Positions 54,701 through 63,307 of a DNA stretch of 64,000 bases are shown piece after piece (the stretch's first letter is position 1; every line of letters begins with the position of its first letter). The stretch is from Bacteroidota bacterium (lineage in GTDB: Bacteria > Bacteroidota > Bacteroidia > Chitinophagales > UBA10324). The DNA lies in contig BJGQ01000011.1 of the NCBI GenBank assembly GCA_014190575.1, forward strand, positions 5,009 to 69,008, read 5' to 3'. A program made the translations under genes and the position numbers. Under the pieces are notes generated by a model that did not search any database, had not been told where the DNA came from, and saw only the letters and a list, made by a program, of their open reading frames with translations.

Positions 54701-55389
54701 CAATAATTCAATTGCCAAACGATGCAAAATCATTTGTTACAAATTTAAAAGTTGGTACCAATCAATTTAAATGGGCTACTACAAACGGGACTTGCATTTC
54801 TGTTAATGATTTAGTTTATGTGAAATACACAACTGCTTTAAATTTTGGTTGTATTAAACCATCGAACCTTGCACAAATAATAAATGGAAATAGTGCAACA
54901 TTAAGTTGGTCTTCTTGCACAATTGCCGATCAGTTTTTAATTAAATATACATACAACAATATATCGCATAATATTCTTACTACCAATTACAACACTGTTT
55001 TAAATAACCTTATACCTGGAACTTATGTTTGGAATGTTAGGCCAAAATGCAGTGGTGTTTGGGGCACTACTTCAATAACGAAAACTTTTATTATTCCTGT
55101 TTCACCTAAAAATGAAGAACCAATTATTTTATCAGATAATAAATTAAAATTATTTCCAAACCCTGTAAACGATAAATTGGCTGTTTCTTTTGAAGTAAAA
55201 AATTCAGGTATTTATAAAATTGAAATGTTTGACCTTTTAAGAAGAGTTTTAATTACTGAAACCAATGAATATGAAGAAGGCTTTTGGTCTGAAAGTTTTT
55301 ATACAGCAGGTTTAAGTAGCGGCGTATTTTTTATTCGATTAACAAGTCCTGATTATTCTAGTCAGGTTGTTAAGTTTATTAAACAGTAG
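51763..55389 (+). CDS. large SBBP (beta-propeller) repeat protein with Ig-like domains and type A T9SS C-terminal domain
   Basis: About 9 repeats of YGGSG.E....D..GN....G.T.S.NFP. C-terminal LFPNPVNDKLAVSF...SGVFFIRL sorting domain; 1208 aa with a signal peptide. Confidence 0.8.
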   Translation: MRKPLSIFSILILLFLYSNSSGMTETNSYLPQYSFTENKGQLINTSNLPANEILYYSNMGDVSIYISKDKLYYVFYKSSNTEKTKEDINEMPIGSTNNETVRVELKILNANDNILASGEDQSNLTSNYFFPSCPKGITARNFNKINLENIYPGIDWVLYFKVESGHTVFKYDFEVKPGADPNLIKIQYDGAQKISKSLNGGIEIETILGNIHDAKPVSFIEKSKQSIKSSFKISNNQISFDLSDYNKNEKLVIDPTVLWSTYFGYSGDEHGRAITVGVDGFVYAAGFTNTVGFPVLNGYSTPQYTSGFHGWIMKLSPSLQPLWVTYYGGSAAEVCRTIDVDSAGNVFVGMETRSSDMPTFNAYQPIKGDTDDFFIMKLTPSGFPIWASYYGGNNLDGMRRIKLSHNGYFVASGYSMSTNFPMINPIQANNAGEADAIIMKVSMNTGFPIWSTYYGGSGYDEPVGITIDNNNNVFFVGSTKSPNFPVQNAYQSVLKGASDIFVVKLNSSNTVAWSTYIGSTSDDDGRGIAVDEAGNPFIMGTTTSGNYPHVNSWQPTIKLPSDAVITKFTSAGTLSWSTFAGGVGTEDGQAIAVDNLGNVIAVGYTLSSNYPLLNATQSVFGGNRDAFILRFTNNGKGQLSTYYGGSGTEQARSVAVDNRGNAYVIGTTGSANLPLQNPFQSTYGSLISGQGDCFMMKINYSNLPKPTITINGQNPKCNINDNILLISSNTGNNLWSNGSTTQSLSTSITGSYFVKAIDTTGVGVFSDTISISNNLITSVSTDSVALSNLCIGASISLSAQNLSGAIYSWNGPNGFFSALNNSVVSSLQLASLGIYSCTVTVGECSKIIKKINLVNFINQITPTNTSYTGAVCQGGQFSLQTDSIASVQYLWNGQNGFTANTRTVTVSNVLPQNAGSYIVKLIANGCESLPASITVVIYAQPSADAGQDLLACNGNNTIYLDGTNVTTGIGTWTCTTLPAAIIQLPNDAKSFVTNLKVGTNQFKWATTNGTCISVNDLVYVKYTTALNFGCIKPSNLAQIINGNSATLSWSSCTIADQFLIKYTYNNISHNILTTNYNTVLNNLIPGTYVWNVRPKCSGVWGTTSITKTFIIPVSPKNEEPIILSDNKLKLFPNPVNDKLAVSFEVKNSGIYKIEMFDLLRRVLITETNEYEEGFWSESFYTAGLSSGVFFIRLTSPDYSSQVVKFIKQ

Positions 55390-56670
55390 TTAAATAATTT
55401 CTGCTACAACAAAAGTGCTTCCACCAATGAAAATCAAATCATTTTCGGAAGCATTTTTTTTGACTTCATCGTAAGCGGACTGAACAGAAGGAAAATATTT
55501 TCCTTTCAATCCTATTGCAGATGCTTCTTCAAATAATATTTTTTCATCCAATCCTCTTGGGATATTTGGTTTACAGAAATAGTAAATGAAATTTTTTGGA
55601 AGCAGTTCGAGAATATTCTTTCGGTCTTTATCGCCCACCATTCCTAAAACAAAATGAACAGTTTCTTTTTTGAGTGAATGAATTTGTTCCATTACTTCTT
55701 TAATTCCTGCTTCGTTGTGACCGACATCGGCGATGATTAGTGGTTGAATGTTTAAAATTTCCCAGCGACCACGCAATCCCGTAATTTGTTTTGTGTTCAA
55801 TAGCGCCTGATGAATTTGTTCGTCAGTGATTTTAAAATTCTGCTTTCTCAATTCTGTTACAGTAGCAAGCACAGTACAAATATTTTTCAGCTGATAATTT
55901 CCGGATAAGTCAAGCGTGTAATCCTGAGATTTATTTTCTGCAGTAACAGTTAGTGTTTGCTGGAATCCTAAGTATTTTTTTTCTGTTACTTTAAAATATT
56001 CGTCAACAAAAACAATCGGTGTTGATTGTTCTTTTGCTTTTTGAATAAAAATATTTTTTGTTTCAGATTGTGTTTCGCCAATCACTACCGGAATATTTTG
56101 TTTGATGATTCCTGCTTTTTCAGCTGCAATTTTCTCCAATGTATCACCCAACAAATCCTTGTGGTCAAAACTGATATTAGTAATAATGGATAGGAGCGGA
56201 GTGATAATGTTTGTTGAATCCAATCGTCCACCTAAACCTGTTTCAATCACTGCAACATCCACTTTCTCAGCTGCAAAAAATTCAAATGCTAAACCAACTG
56301 TCCATTCAAAGAACGAAGGTTTTATTTCTTCAAACTGTTTCGAATATTTTTCAACGAAGTCAATCACTTTATTTTCAGAAATCATTTCCCCATTGATTCT
56401 GATTCGCTCGCGAAAAACTTTTAAGTGTGGTGAAGTATAAAGCCCGGTTTTATAACCTGCTGTTTGCAGAATAGCCGCAAGCATGTGCGAAGTAGAACCT
56501 TTTCCGTTTGTGCCTGCTATATGAATGCTCCTGAAATTATTTTGCGGATTATTTAAACTGTTACAGATGACAATGGTATTATTCAAATCTGCTTTGTAAG
56601 CAGCTGCTCCAATGCGATGAAACATTGGGAGTTGAGAAAATAAATAATCGAGTGTTTCCTGATAATTCAC
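55390..56670 (-). CDS. folC: folylpolyglutamate synthase/dihydrofolate synthase
   Basis: IAGTNGKGST P-loop, ETGLGGRLDSTN and ISFDH motifs. Confidence 0.9.
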   Translation of the reverse strand: MNYQETLDYLFSQLPMFHRIGAAAYKADLNNTIVICNSLNNPQNNFRSIHIAGTNGKGSTSHMLAAILQTAGYKTGLYTSPHLKVFRERIRINGEMISENKVIDFVEKYSKQFEEIKPSFFEWTVGLAFEFFAAEKVDVAVIETGLGGRLDSTNIITPLLSIITNISFDHKDLLGDTLEKIAAEKAGIIKQNIPVVIGETQSETKNIFIQKAKEQSTPIVFVDEYFKVTEKKYLGFQQTLTVTAENKSQDYTLDLSGNYQLKNICTVLATVTELRKQNFKITDEQIHQALLNTKQITGLRGRWEILNIQPLIIADVGHNEAGIKEVMEQIHSLKKETVHFVLGMVGDKDRKNILELLPKNFIYYFCKPNIPRGLDEKILFEEASAIGLKGKYFPSVQSAYDEVKKNASENDLIFIGGSTFVVAEII

Positions 56671-56758
56671 ACAGCAAATATTCTTAGGAATTATTTATTC
56701 GAAGAAATATTTCAGAGTAATTCCGTTTCGCAATGAAAAAAAATCGTTGAGAGAAATT

Positions 56759-57601
56759 TTATTTCGCCTTGAAATTATAAGTAATGGTACCGAACTGTTC
56801 ATCCATCGCCGCTGAGTTCACATCAAACTGTGCAGCCATTGATGCCTGCTTGGCAAGATTTAATAAATAGGTTGAAGTTGTGGTTGAACCTTGCGCCGGA
56901 CCATCAGCGGAAATAACTTTTCCTTGTTTATTCACTTTTATTTTTACCACCACAATTCCGGTTTCCTGCGAATTATTTTTCAAAGATGGTTCCTTCATCA
57001 TTTTTCTTCCAGTTAAATTGTAGTTGATTCCTTTTCCGTATCCACCTGGACCACCATTTATTCCGGGAGTGCCAGTGTATGAAGTTCCGTTTGGTGTTCC
57101 GTTCAATTGTCCTTTGTCGCCGGGATGAGTTCCATCCCCTTCACTGGTGCTGTTAGTGTTTGTCCAACCTTTAAAAACAGCTTTTGGTTGCTCTTCTTTT
57201 TTTGCCTCTGTTTTCTTTTCAGTTGGGGTGACTGTTACAGTTGTTGTTTTTTTCTTTTTGTCGTCTTTCTTTTTTGAATTGACAACCACATCCGAATTTT
57301 CCTGCGAAATAATTTTATCGCCAACATTTTTTTCAGGAGGAGTTGTTGTCGGCTTCACCGCTTGCGGCAACACAGGCGCAACTTCAGTGGCTATCGGTTG
57401 CACATCACCCATTCCATCATCCATGTAGCCGAAATTAATTTCCACACCGCCACTGTCCCATGCAGGAATCGGAGGTGTAACACCTGTGAGAAAAAAGAAT
57501 AGGATAATTAATATTCCATGTATCGCAATGGAGGTTATCATTCCTTTAACCTGATTTTGTTTTTCAATCCGGTCGTTTTCCAATTCAAACAAACGCGCCA
57601 T
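56759..57601 (-). CDS. tonB: energy transducer TonB
   Basis: N-terminal anchor helix, Pro/Lys/Thr-rich spacer, and C-terminal GIVVVKIKVNKQGKVISA TonB-C-like domain. It lies downstream of exbB-exbD. Confidence 0.72.
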   Translation of the reverse strand: MARLFELENDRIEKQNQVKGMITSIAIHGILIILFFFLTGVTPPIPAWDSGGVEINFGYMDDGMGDVQPIATEVAPVLPQAVKPTTTPPEKNVGDKIISQENSDVVVNSKKKDDKKKKTTTVTVTPTEKKTEAKKEEQPKAVFKGWTNTNSTSEGDGTHPGDKGQLNGTPNGTSYTGTPGINGGPGGYGKGINYNLTGRKMMKEPSLKNNSQETGIVVVKIKVNKQGKVISADGPAQGSTTTSTYLLNLAKQASMAAQFDVNSAAMDEQFGTITYNFKAK

Positions 57602-57606
57602 AAAAA

Positions 57607-58011
57607 TTAATTTTTATTTTGAACAGCAAGCACCATCCGCACTTTCAGTTTCGCTCCGATGTCGAGTATGTCAACAAAATCCTGAACGCTGAGCGATTGG
57701 TCAACTTTTAAAACCACAGATGGGTCAACAACAGTTTTTATTTTTTCCTGCAACGATGCTTCAAGTGTTTCAATGGTTACAGGCACATCATCAATCGTTA
57801 CATTTCTGTTTGCATCAACAGAAACATTAATCATTTTTTTCGCAACAGTTTGTTCGCCGGTTGCTCTCGGTAAAATCAGTTTTATTACTGACGGATTTAC
57901 CATTGTAGAAATAATTAAAAAGAACAACAGCAACATGAACATGATGTCGTTTAGCGAGCTGGTGCTCACTTCCGAACTAAGGCGACTTCTTCTTCCTCCT
58001 CTGAGATTCAT
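57607..58011 (-). CDS. exbD: ExbD/TolR biopolymer transport protein
   Basis: SLNDIMFMLLLFFLI transmembrane segment followed by a periplasmic domain; 134 aa. Start/stop overlap with exbB. Confidence 0.85.
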   Translation of the reverse strand: MNLRGGRRSRLSSEVSTSSLNDIMFMLLLFFLIISTMVNPSVIKLILPRATGEQTVAKKMINVSVDANRNVTIDDVPVTIETLEASLQEKIKTVVDPSVVLKVDQSLSVQDFVDILDIGAKLKVRMVLAVQNKN

Positions 58012-58727
58012 TATGATGTAGGTTCCTGAATGAGGTCAACAAATTCTATTGCGTTGCTTTCGAGTTGGTAACTCACGCGGTCAATCATGCTGTTCAGATA
58101 GTGGAAAGCAATGTGTGCGAAAATTCCAACAATCAAACCGGCAGCGGATGTAATCATCTTCTCATACAAACCACCGGCTATAATGTCAATCGATATATTT
58201 TTCTCAATCGAAATGGTGTAGAAAATTTTTATCACACCACTGATGGTCCCAACGAATCCCATCATCGGCGCAATGCCGGCGATGATTCCGAGCCAGCTTA
58301 CATTTTTTTCGAGACGATAAATTTCCAACTTGCCTTCGTTCTCCACTGCTGATTCCACTTCCTTAATTGGTTTGCCTATTCTTTTTATTCCTTTCAACAG
58401 CAATCGCGCAATTGGAGTATTTTGATTTTTGCAATGTGCAATCGCTGCTTCCATTTTTCCATTCACCAGATAATCGCGAATGCTCTTAATAAAATTATCA
58501 TCAATGCGCGATGCTTTTCTGATTGTTAAAAACCGCTCAATGGTAAAATAAAGTGCAAGCACCGAAAGAATTCCAATTGGAATCATTACCCAACCACCCT
58601 TCATAATCATTTGTAAAAAACTGAGCGACTCAGCCGGTTTACCTGTGGTAACAAGGTTAGAGGAAATTGCAGCAACAGTATCTCTAATTGAATCTGCCGC
58701 CATGTTTATTTGAAGTAGTAAGCTCAT
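58011..58727 (-). CDS. exbB: MotA/TolQ/ExbB proton channel protein
   Basis: Three transmembrane helices with the IAPMMGFVGTISG motif. Confidence 0.85.
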   Translation of the reverse strand: MSLLLQINMAADSIRDTVAAISSNLVTTGKPAESLSFLQMIMKGGWVMIPIGILSVLALYFTIERFLTIRKASRIDDNFIKSIRDYLVNGKMEAAIAHCKNQNTPIARLLLKGIKRIGKPIKEVESAVENEGKLEIYRLEKNVSWLGIIAGIAPMMGFVGTISGVIKIFYTISIEKNISIDIIAGGLYEKMITSAAGLIVGIFAHIAFHYLNSMIDRVSYQLESNAIEFVDLIQEPTS

Positions 58728-58839
58728 GTTTTGTAGTATGCCTGTTTAAACGAGTTAAGTTTCTCTTTTATTATTTCAACAAATTTATTTCCTGTGTAAG
58801 GAGCATTAGTATGGCAGATTCAACAGATTCAAATTGCTT

Positions 58840-58901
58840 GTAGTTAATTGTAGGCAATTTTTCAGAATACAACAGAAATTTGACTCATGGCAATTAACTA
58901 C
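58840..58901. promoter_or_regulatory. 11-bp inverted repeat upstream of exbB
   Basis: GTAGTTAATTG (58840-58850) and CAATTAACTAC (58891-58901), with a 40-nt spacer. It lies between the methyltransferase stop and the exbB start. Confidence 0.25.
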
Positions 58902-58927
58902 TTATTCTTCTGAATTTATTTAGAAAA

Positions 58928-59641
58928 CTATAGATGTAGATAATAGGGCGAGAGTAATTCCATAAAACGCGTTGAATATTTCCCGCCTTTTTCATGAATG
59001 AATATTTTTTCTTCTGAAAATTTATTAGGATTTAAGGAAAATGAAATGACATGAAGATGCGGAACTTTTTCTTCGTTGGAAGAAATCACGGATTTTTTTT
59101 CTGGAAATAATTTTTGAACAAAACAATGCTTTTCAAAGGCAATCATTTCATTTGGTGGAAGCATGATAAATGCTTTTCCATTTTCGCTGAGATGTTTTGA
59201 AAGAATGATGGATAAGTTTTTGTGCGAAAGTGAATCATTGTGTCTAGCCAATGATTTCCGTTCGTCAGCATTTTTTTTATGAGAAGTGAAAAATGGGGGA
59301 TTGCAAACAATCAAATCAAATTTTGAATCATCATATTCACTCCATAATAAAATATCTGAGTGAATTACTTTCATTTTCTCTTTCCATAAAGATTCTGAAA
59401 AATTTCTTTCAGCTAAATATGAGGAAAGTTTATCTACTTCAATTCCTAGAATACATGATACTTGTGATTTTTGTGCAAGCATTAATGCTAGCAAACCTGT
59501 TCCAGTTCCAATGTCGAGAATTGATTTTGCATTTTCTGTTTCAATCAATGCACCAAACAAGCAGGCATCAGTGGTAACTTTCAGTGGTGCGCCTTCCTGA
59601 TGAACAATAAATTTTTTGAATTGGAAGTACGGATTGCTCAT
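58928..59641 (-). CDS. tRNA1(Val) (adenine37-N6)-methyltransferase (YfiC-like)
   Basis: FQFKKFIVHQEGAPLKVTTDACLFGA opening, ILDIGTGTGLLALM SAM motif and NPPFF catalytic motif. Confidence 0.8.
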   Translation of the reverse strand: MSNPYFQFKKFIVHQEGAPLKVTTDACLFGALIETENAKSILDIGTGTGLLALMLAQKSQVSCILGIEVDKLSSYLAERNFSESLWKEKMKVIHSDILLWSEYDDSKFDLIVCNPPFFTSHKKNADERKSLARHNDSLSHKNLSIILSKHLSENGKAFIMLPPNEMIAFEKHCFVQKLFPEKKSVISSNEEKVPHLHVISFSLNPNKFSEEKIFIHEKGGKYSTRFMELLSPYYLHL

Positions 59642-59661
59642 TGCAAATAAAATATCATGAA

Positions 59662-60663
59662 TCAGATTCCTTTTATTCGTTCAATCAGTTTTTTAAAAGC
59701 ATCTGAGCTGATTGCTTTCATTCTTCCACGCTGAATCATCATGCCATCAGCATTTGATTTTAAATCATAAGTGAAAACAAAATCTTTTTTGTCAGTAAAT
59801 AAATCAGTCAGCCCGAATCGTAAATCGTGCAAGCTGATTTCACCAATGCTGTCAGTTGTTAAACAATAATATCCTTGCGAAAACCGGATGAGTCGTTGAA
59901 CCTTTGCATCATCAGCATATTGATTTACCAATTCATGTTGTGCCGGAGTAAATGAAAAATGAATGCTGTCAGTTTTATCAAATACAGAATAATATCCTGT
60001 ATAAAATCCGTTGTTATCCTGCGCCAGTATGTACCACAAAAAATTATTCAACGGCGAAGGAGTAGTCATGTAACGGTTGGCAGCAATTCCATGCGATTTA
60101 AAATTCGTTTGTGTAACAGTGTCAATTTTTGCTTTGTTGTAAAAAGTGTAACACAAATAAATCATTGCCGGAATTAATCCGATGAGTGCCCAGGTAGTTC
60201 TACCACTGCTGAATCTCTTTTTAATTAGCAAAGCAATTGCACCAACCAAAAGTGATAAAGTGAAAAACGGGTCTGCCACAAAAATGGTGTTGAACGAAAC
60301 GCGATAGTGACTGAATGGTTCGAACCAACCTGTTCCGTAAGTGGTGAATGAATCAATGAGAATGTGCGAAAACATTCCGCAACCCCAGAGCAAAAGCCAA
60401 CCTGAAAATTCAAGCGATTGATTTTTTCTTCGGAAATAAATTGCCGCAAGAATGGAAATAAGAATTGCAAACAAAATGGAATGTGTGAATCCTCGATGTG
60501 AGAGCAAACTGTGATCAACAGAAATGAAAGGTGAAAGCGCAACATCAATATCCGGAAGACTATTCGCAATGGCTCCCCAGAGCATCGCTTTCTTTCCTAA
60601 TTTTTTTCCAGCGATTAATTCGCCTTCAATCATTCCGAGAACAATGTGTGTGAGTGAATCCAT
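59662..60663 (-). CDS. membrane-bound metal-dependent hydrolase (YdjM/DUF457-like) with C-terminal extension
   Basis: MDSLTHIVLG..., SHRGFTHS and HILIDSFT His-rich motifs within transmembrane helices. Confidence 0.7.
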   Translation of the reverse strand: MDSLTHIVLGMIEGELIAGKKLGKKAMLWGAIANSLPDIDVALSPFISVDHSLLSHRGFTHSILFAILISILAAIYFRRKNQSLEFSGWLLLWGCGMFSHILIDSFTTYGTGWFEPFSHYRVSFNTIFVADPFFTLSLLVGAIALLIKKRFSSGRTTWALIGLIPAMIYLCYTFYNKAKIDTVTQTNFKSHGIAANRYMTTPSPLNNFLWYILAQDNNGFYTGYYSVFDKTDSIHFSFTPAQHELVNQYADDAKVQRLIRFSQGYYCLTTDSIGEISLHDLRFGLTDLFTDKKDFVFTYDLKSNADGMMIQRGRMKAISSDAFKKLIERIKGI

Positions 60664-60690
60664 TTTTATTTTGTCAGACTTGTTTTGAAA

Positions 60691-61476
60691 TTATTGTTTT
60701 TGCTTTTCCTGTTTTGCTAATTCAAATGCAATCATCTTTTTTACTTTTTCGTTCAGCTCCGAAATATTTTCAAGTGTCATTCCTTCCACCGAAACTTTCT
60801 CCAGAAAAATTGTTTTTGTTTTACCAGGAGTGAGTTTAAAAAACGAATCGCGAGGTAAAACATTAACTGCATTAAAATAAACCATCGGCACAATTGGTGT
60901 TTGCATTTCAATCGCAATGCGAAAAGCACCATCGTAAAAACGGCTCAGTGTTTCGTTGGTATAATTAAAACCACCTTCCGGAAAAATTATGATACTGATA
61001 TTTTTTGACAATACATGTTTCAGAATGCGAACACTTTTTGCGCGGTTGTCTTTATCAGCACGGTCAACGAGAATAACTCCGTAACTATAAATCCATCCGA
61101 AAAAAGGAATGCGTCGGACTTCAGTTTTTCCCAATGCACGAAATTGTCCGTGCAACGAAAGCATGGTAATTGGCGCATCCAAATAACTATCATGATTAGC
61201 TACATAAATAAAAGGTCTGTCCATTTTGTCTGGCTGTTTCCCCTCATTTTCGTGCCTCAGTCCGCAGAAAAAATACCATACTAATGCCCATAATTTTATC
61301 AGTAAGAAAATAATGTTTCCGCCAATGTAGATTCCGAAAAGGGCTGCAATAACCATAAAAGGTATAAATATGAACATCAGCAAAATGAACATTATACAAG
61401 CGTAAATTCGATAGAAAAAAAGAAATGATTCGTTCATGCAATTTGAATATTCATTGCGAAATGTATTTACTTTCAA
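60691..61476 (-). CDS. plsC: 1-acyl-sn-glycerol-3-phosphate acyltransferase
   Basis: ANHDSYLDA (HX4D) and IIFPEGG motifs. The true start may be an internal Met (MNESF...). Confidence 0.8.
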   Translation of the reverse strand: MKVNTFRNEYSNCMNESFLFFYRIYACIMFILLMFIFIPFMVIAALFGIYIGGNIIFLLIKLWALVWYFFCGLRHENEGKQPDKMDRPFIYVANHDSYLDAPITMLSLHGQFRALGKTEVRRIPFFGWIYSYGVILVDRADKDNRAKSVRILKHVLSKNISIIIFPEGGFNYTNETLSRFYDGAFRIAIEMQTPIVPMVYFNAVNVLPRDSFFKLTPGKTKTIFLEKVSVEGMTLENISELNEKVKKMIAFELAKQEKQKQ

Positions 61477-61564
61477 CTGATTCAGTTTTTTAATTTTTAT
61501 TCATCAATAAATATTTCTGCCCAATTATTTTGATTTAATATTTTTGAAGTAAGATTTATCTGAA

Positions 61565-62038
61565 TTGGAAAAATTAACAGAAAAAGAAAACAGTTTGTTG
61601 AATTCCTTTTACAAGGATGAAATAATTATTGCAGCAGAAAATTCTGCTGTTCAACCGGAATTACGGGGAGGATTTGAACGGAAAATTTTATTCCTCACAA
61701 ACGGCGAAGGAGTTCCTTCTTTTATTCCTGAAATTGAAACCATGTTTCAACGAATGATTACCAACCTTCAATCCAATGAAAATGAAATCGGAATCATTGA
61801 TTTGAAAACTGCTCCTGTTTCTTTTTCTGAATTGAAAAAAATCTTTCAACCACAAACAATTATTTTTTGCGGAGTGAAAACTGCTGACATCGGATTGCAG
61901 ATTGAAGCTGAAAAAAATCATGTAATACAAATGAATGATTGTAAAGTTTTAGTGTCAGATTCTTTTGCTGAGTTGCATAAGTCAGACGCGAAGAAGAAGG
62001 GGATTTTCCCTTCACTGAAAAAAATATTTTCACTTTAA
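61565..62038 (+). CDS. hypothetical protein
   Basis: 157-aa ORF with a TTG start per the track, immediately upstream of rdgB. No motif recognised. Confidence 0.35.
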   Translation: MEKLTEKENSLLNSFYKDEIIIAAENSAVQPELRGGFERKILFLTNGEGVPSFIPEIETMFQRMITNLQSNENEIGIIDLKTAPVSFSELKKIFQPQTIIFCGVKTADIGLQIEAEKNHVIQMNDCKVLVSDSFAELHKSDAKKKGIFPSLKKIFSL

Positions 62039-62049
62039 ACCGGAATGAC

Positions 62050-62634
62050 TTGAAATTAGTATTTGCCACTCAGAATAAAAACAAGGTTGACGAAATCAAG
62101 CGATTGATTGGTGCGCAACACGAATTGCTCACGCTTGCCGATTTGGATTACGAAGAAGAATTGCAGGAGTCTTCGCTGTTGCTGGAAGAAAATGCTTTGG
62201 AAAAAGCAAATCACATTTATCACGAATTCAAAATGAATTGCTTTTCGGAAGACACCGGATTGGAAATTGATTTTCTGAATGGCGCTCCAGGCGCTTTGAG
62301 TGCGAGATATGCCGGCGAAGAAAAAGATGCCAACCAAAACATGAACAAGATTTTGAAAGAACTCAGTGGAATTGCAAACCGCAATGCCCGCTTCAGAACT
62401 GTGATTGCTTTAGTGATTGACGGAAAAGAATTTTTGTACGAAGGATTTATAAACGGAACAATCACCACCGAAAAAAAAGGCAACAATGGTTTTGGTTACG
62501 ACCCCATTTTTCAACCCGAAGGTTCAACTAAAACTTTTGCTGAAATGAATGCAGAAGAGAAGAGTGCAATAAGTCACCGTGCGCGAGCGTTTGCTAAAAT
62601 GAAAGAGTTTCTTGAATCAGAATTTGCCGAATAG
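62050..62634 (+). CDS. rdgB: dITP/XTP pyrophosphatase (RdgB/HAM1)
   Basis: LVFATQNKNKVDEI, EDTGLEIDFLNGAPGA.SARYAG, GFGYDPIF and ISHRARA motifs. Confidence 0.9.
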   Translation: MKLVFATQNKNKVDEIKRLIGAQHELLTLADLDYEEELQESSLLLEENALEKANHIYHEFKMNCFSEDTGLEIDFLNGAPGALSARYAGEEKDANQNMNKILKELSGIANRNARFRTVIALVIDGKEFLYEGFINGTITTEKKGNNGFGYDPIFQPEGSTKTFAEMNAEEKSAISHRARAFAKMKEFLESEFAE

Positions 62635-62731
62635 CATTTGTTTTTTCAGACAACAGTAACTAAGCAGAAAAGAAGTTTTTTTCTTCATGCAACTCTTTCC
62701 ATTACCTTTAACTCTTTAAATTATCATTCGA

Positions 62732-63307
62732 ATGAAATTCAGAATCAAGCAACACTTTTCTGACGAGGAATTAATAACCGGTTGTTTGCGTGGCGAGCGC
62801 AGATTTCAGGAAGGTCTGTATAATCAGCATGGTTCTACTATGTTCTCTATTTGTCTGCGTTATGCAAGCGATTATTATCAGGCGGAGGATATGTTGCAGG
62901 AAGGTTTTATCAAGGTGTTTAATCACTTAAAAAATTTCAGAAACGAAGGGTCATTTGAAGGATGGATGAAACGGATTTTTGTGAATACAGCGATTGAGTG
63001 GTTGAGGAAAAATAAAGTGATGAACGAGATGCAGGAAATTGAAAATGTACCGCTTCACATAGTGCAGGAAGATTGTTTCAGTCAATTAGCAGCAGACGAT
63101 TTAATGAAACTGATACAGAGTTTGTCGCCCGGATACCGAACCGTGTTTAACCTTTATTCCATTGAAGGTTATTCGCACAAAGAGATTGGCGAGATGATGA
63201 ATATTAACGAAGGAACTTCAAAATCACAATTAGCAAGAGCGCGCTACATTTTGCAAAAGATGGTGGTGCAATCGAACAAAGTACAATATGCCGCAGCAGT
63301 TCTCTGA
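62732..63307 (+). CDS. ECF-type RNA polymerase sigma-70 factor
   Basis: Region 2 (AEDMLQEGFIKVF...FEGWMKRIFVNTAIEWLRK) and region 4 HTH (LSPGYRTVFNLYSIEGYSHKEIGEMMNINEGTSKSQLARAR). Confidence 0.85.
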   Translation: MKFRIKQHFSDEELITGCLRGERRFQEGLYNQHGSTMFSICLRYASDYYQAEDMLQEGFIKVFNHLKNFRNEGSFEGWMKRIFVNTAIEWLRKNKVMNEMQEIENVPLHIVQEDCFSQLAADDLMKLIQSLSPGYRTVFNLYSIEGYSHKEIGEMMNINEGTSKSQLARARYILQKMVVQSNKVQYAAAVL

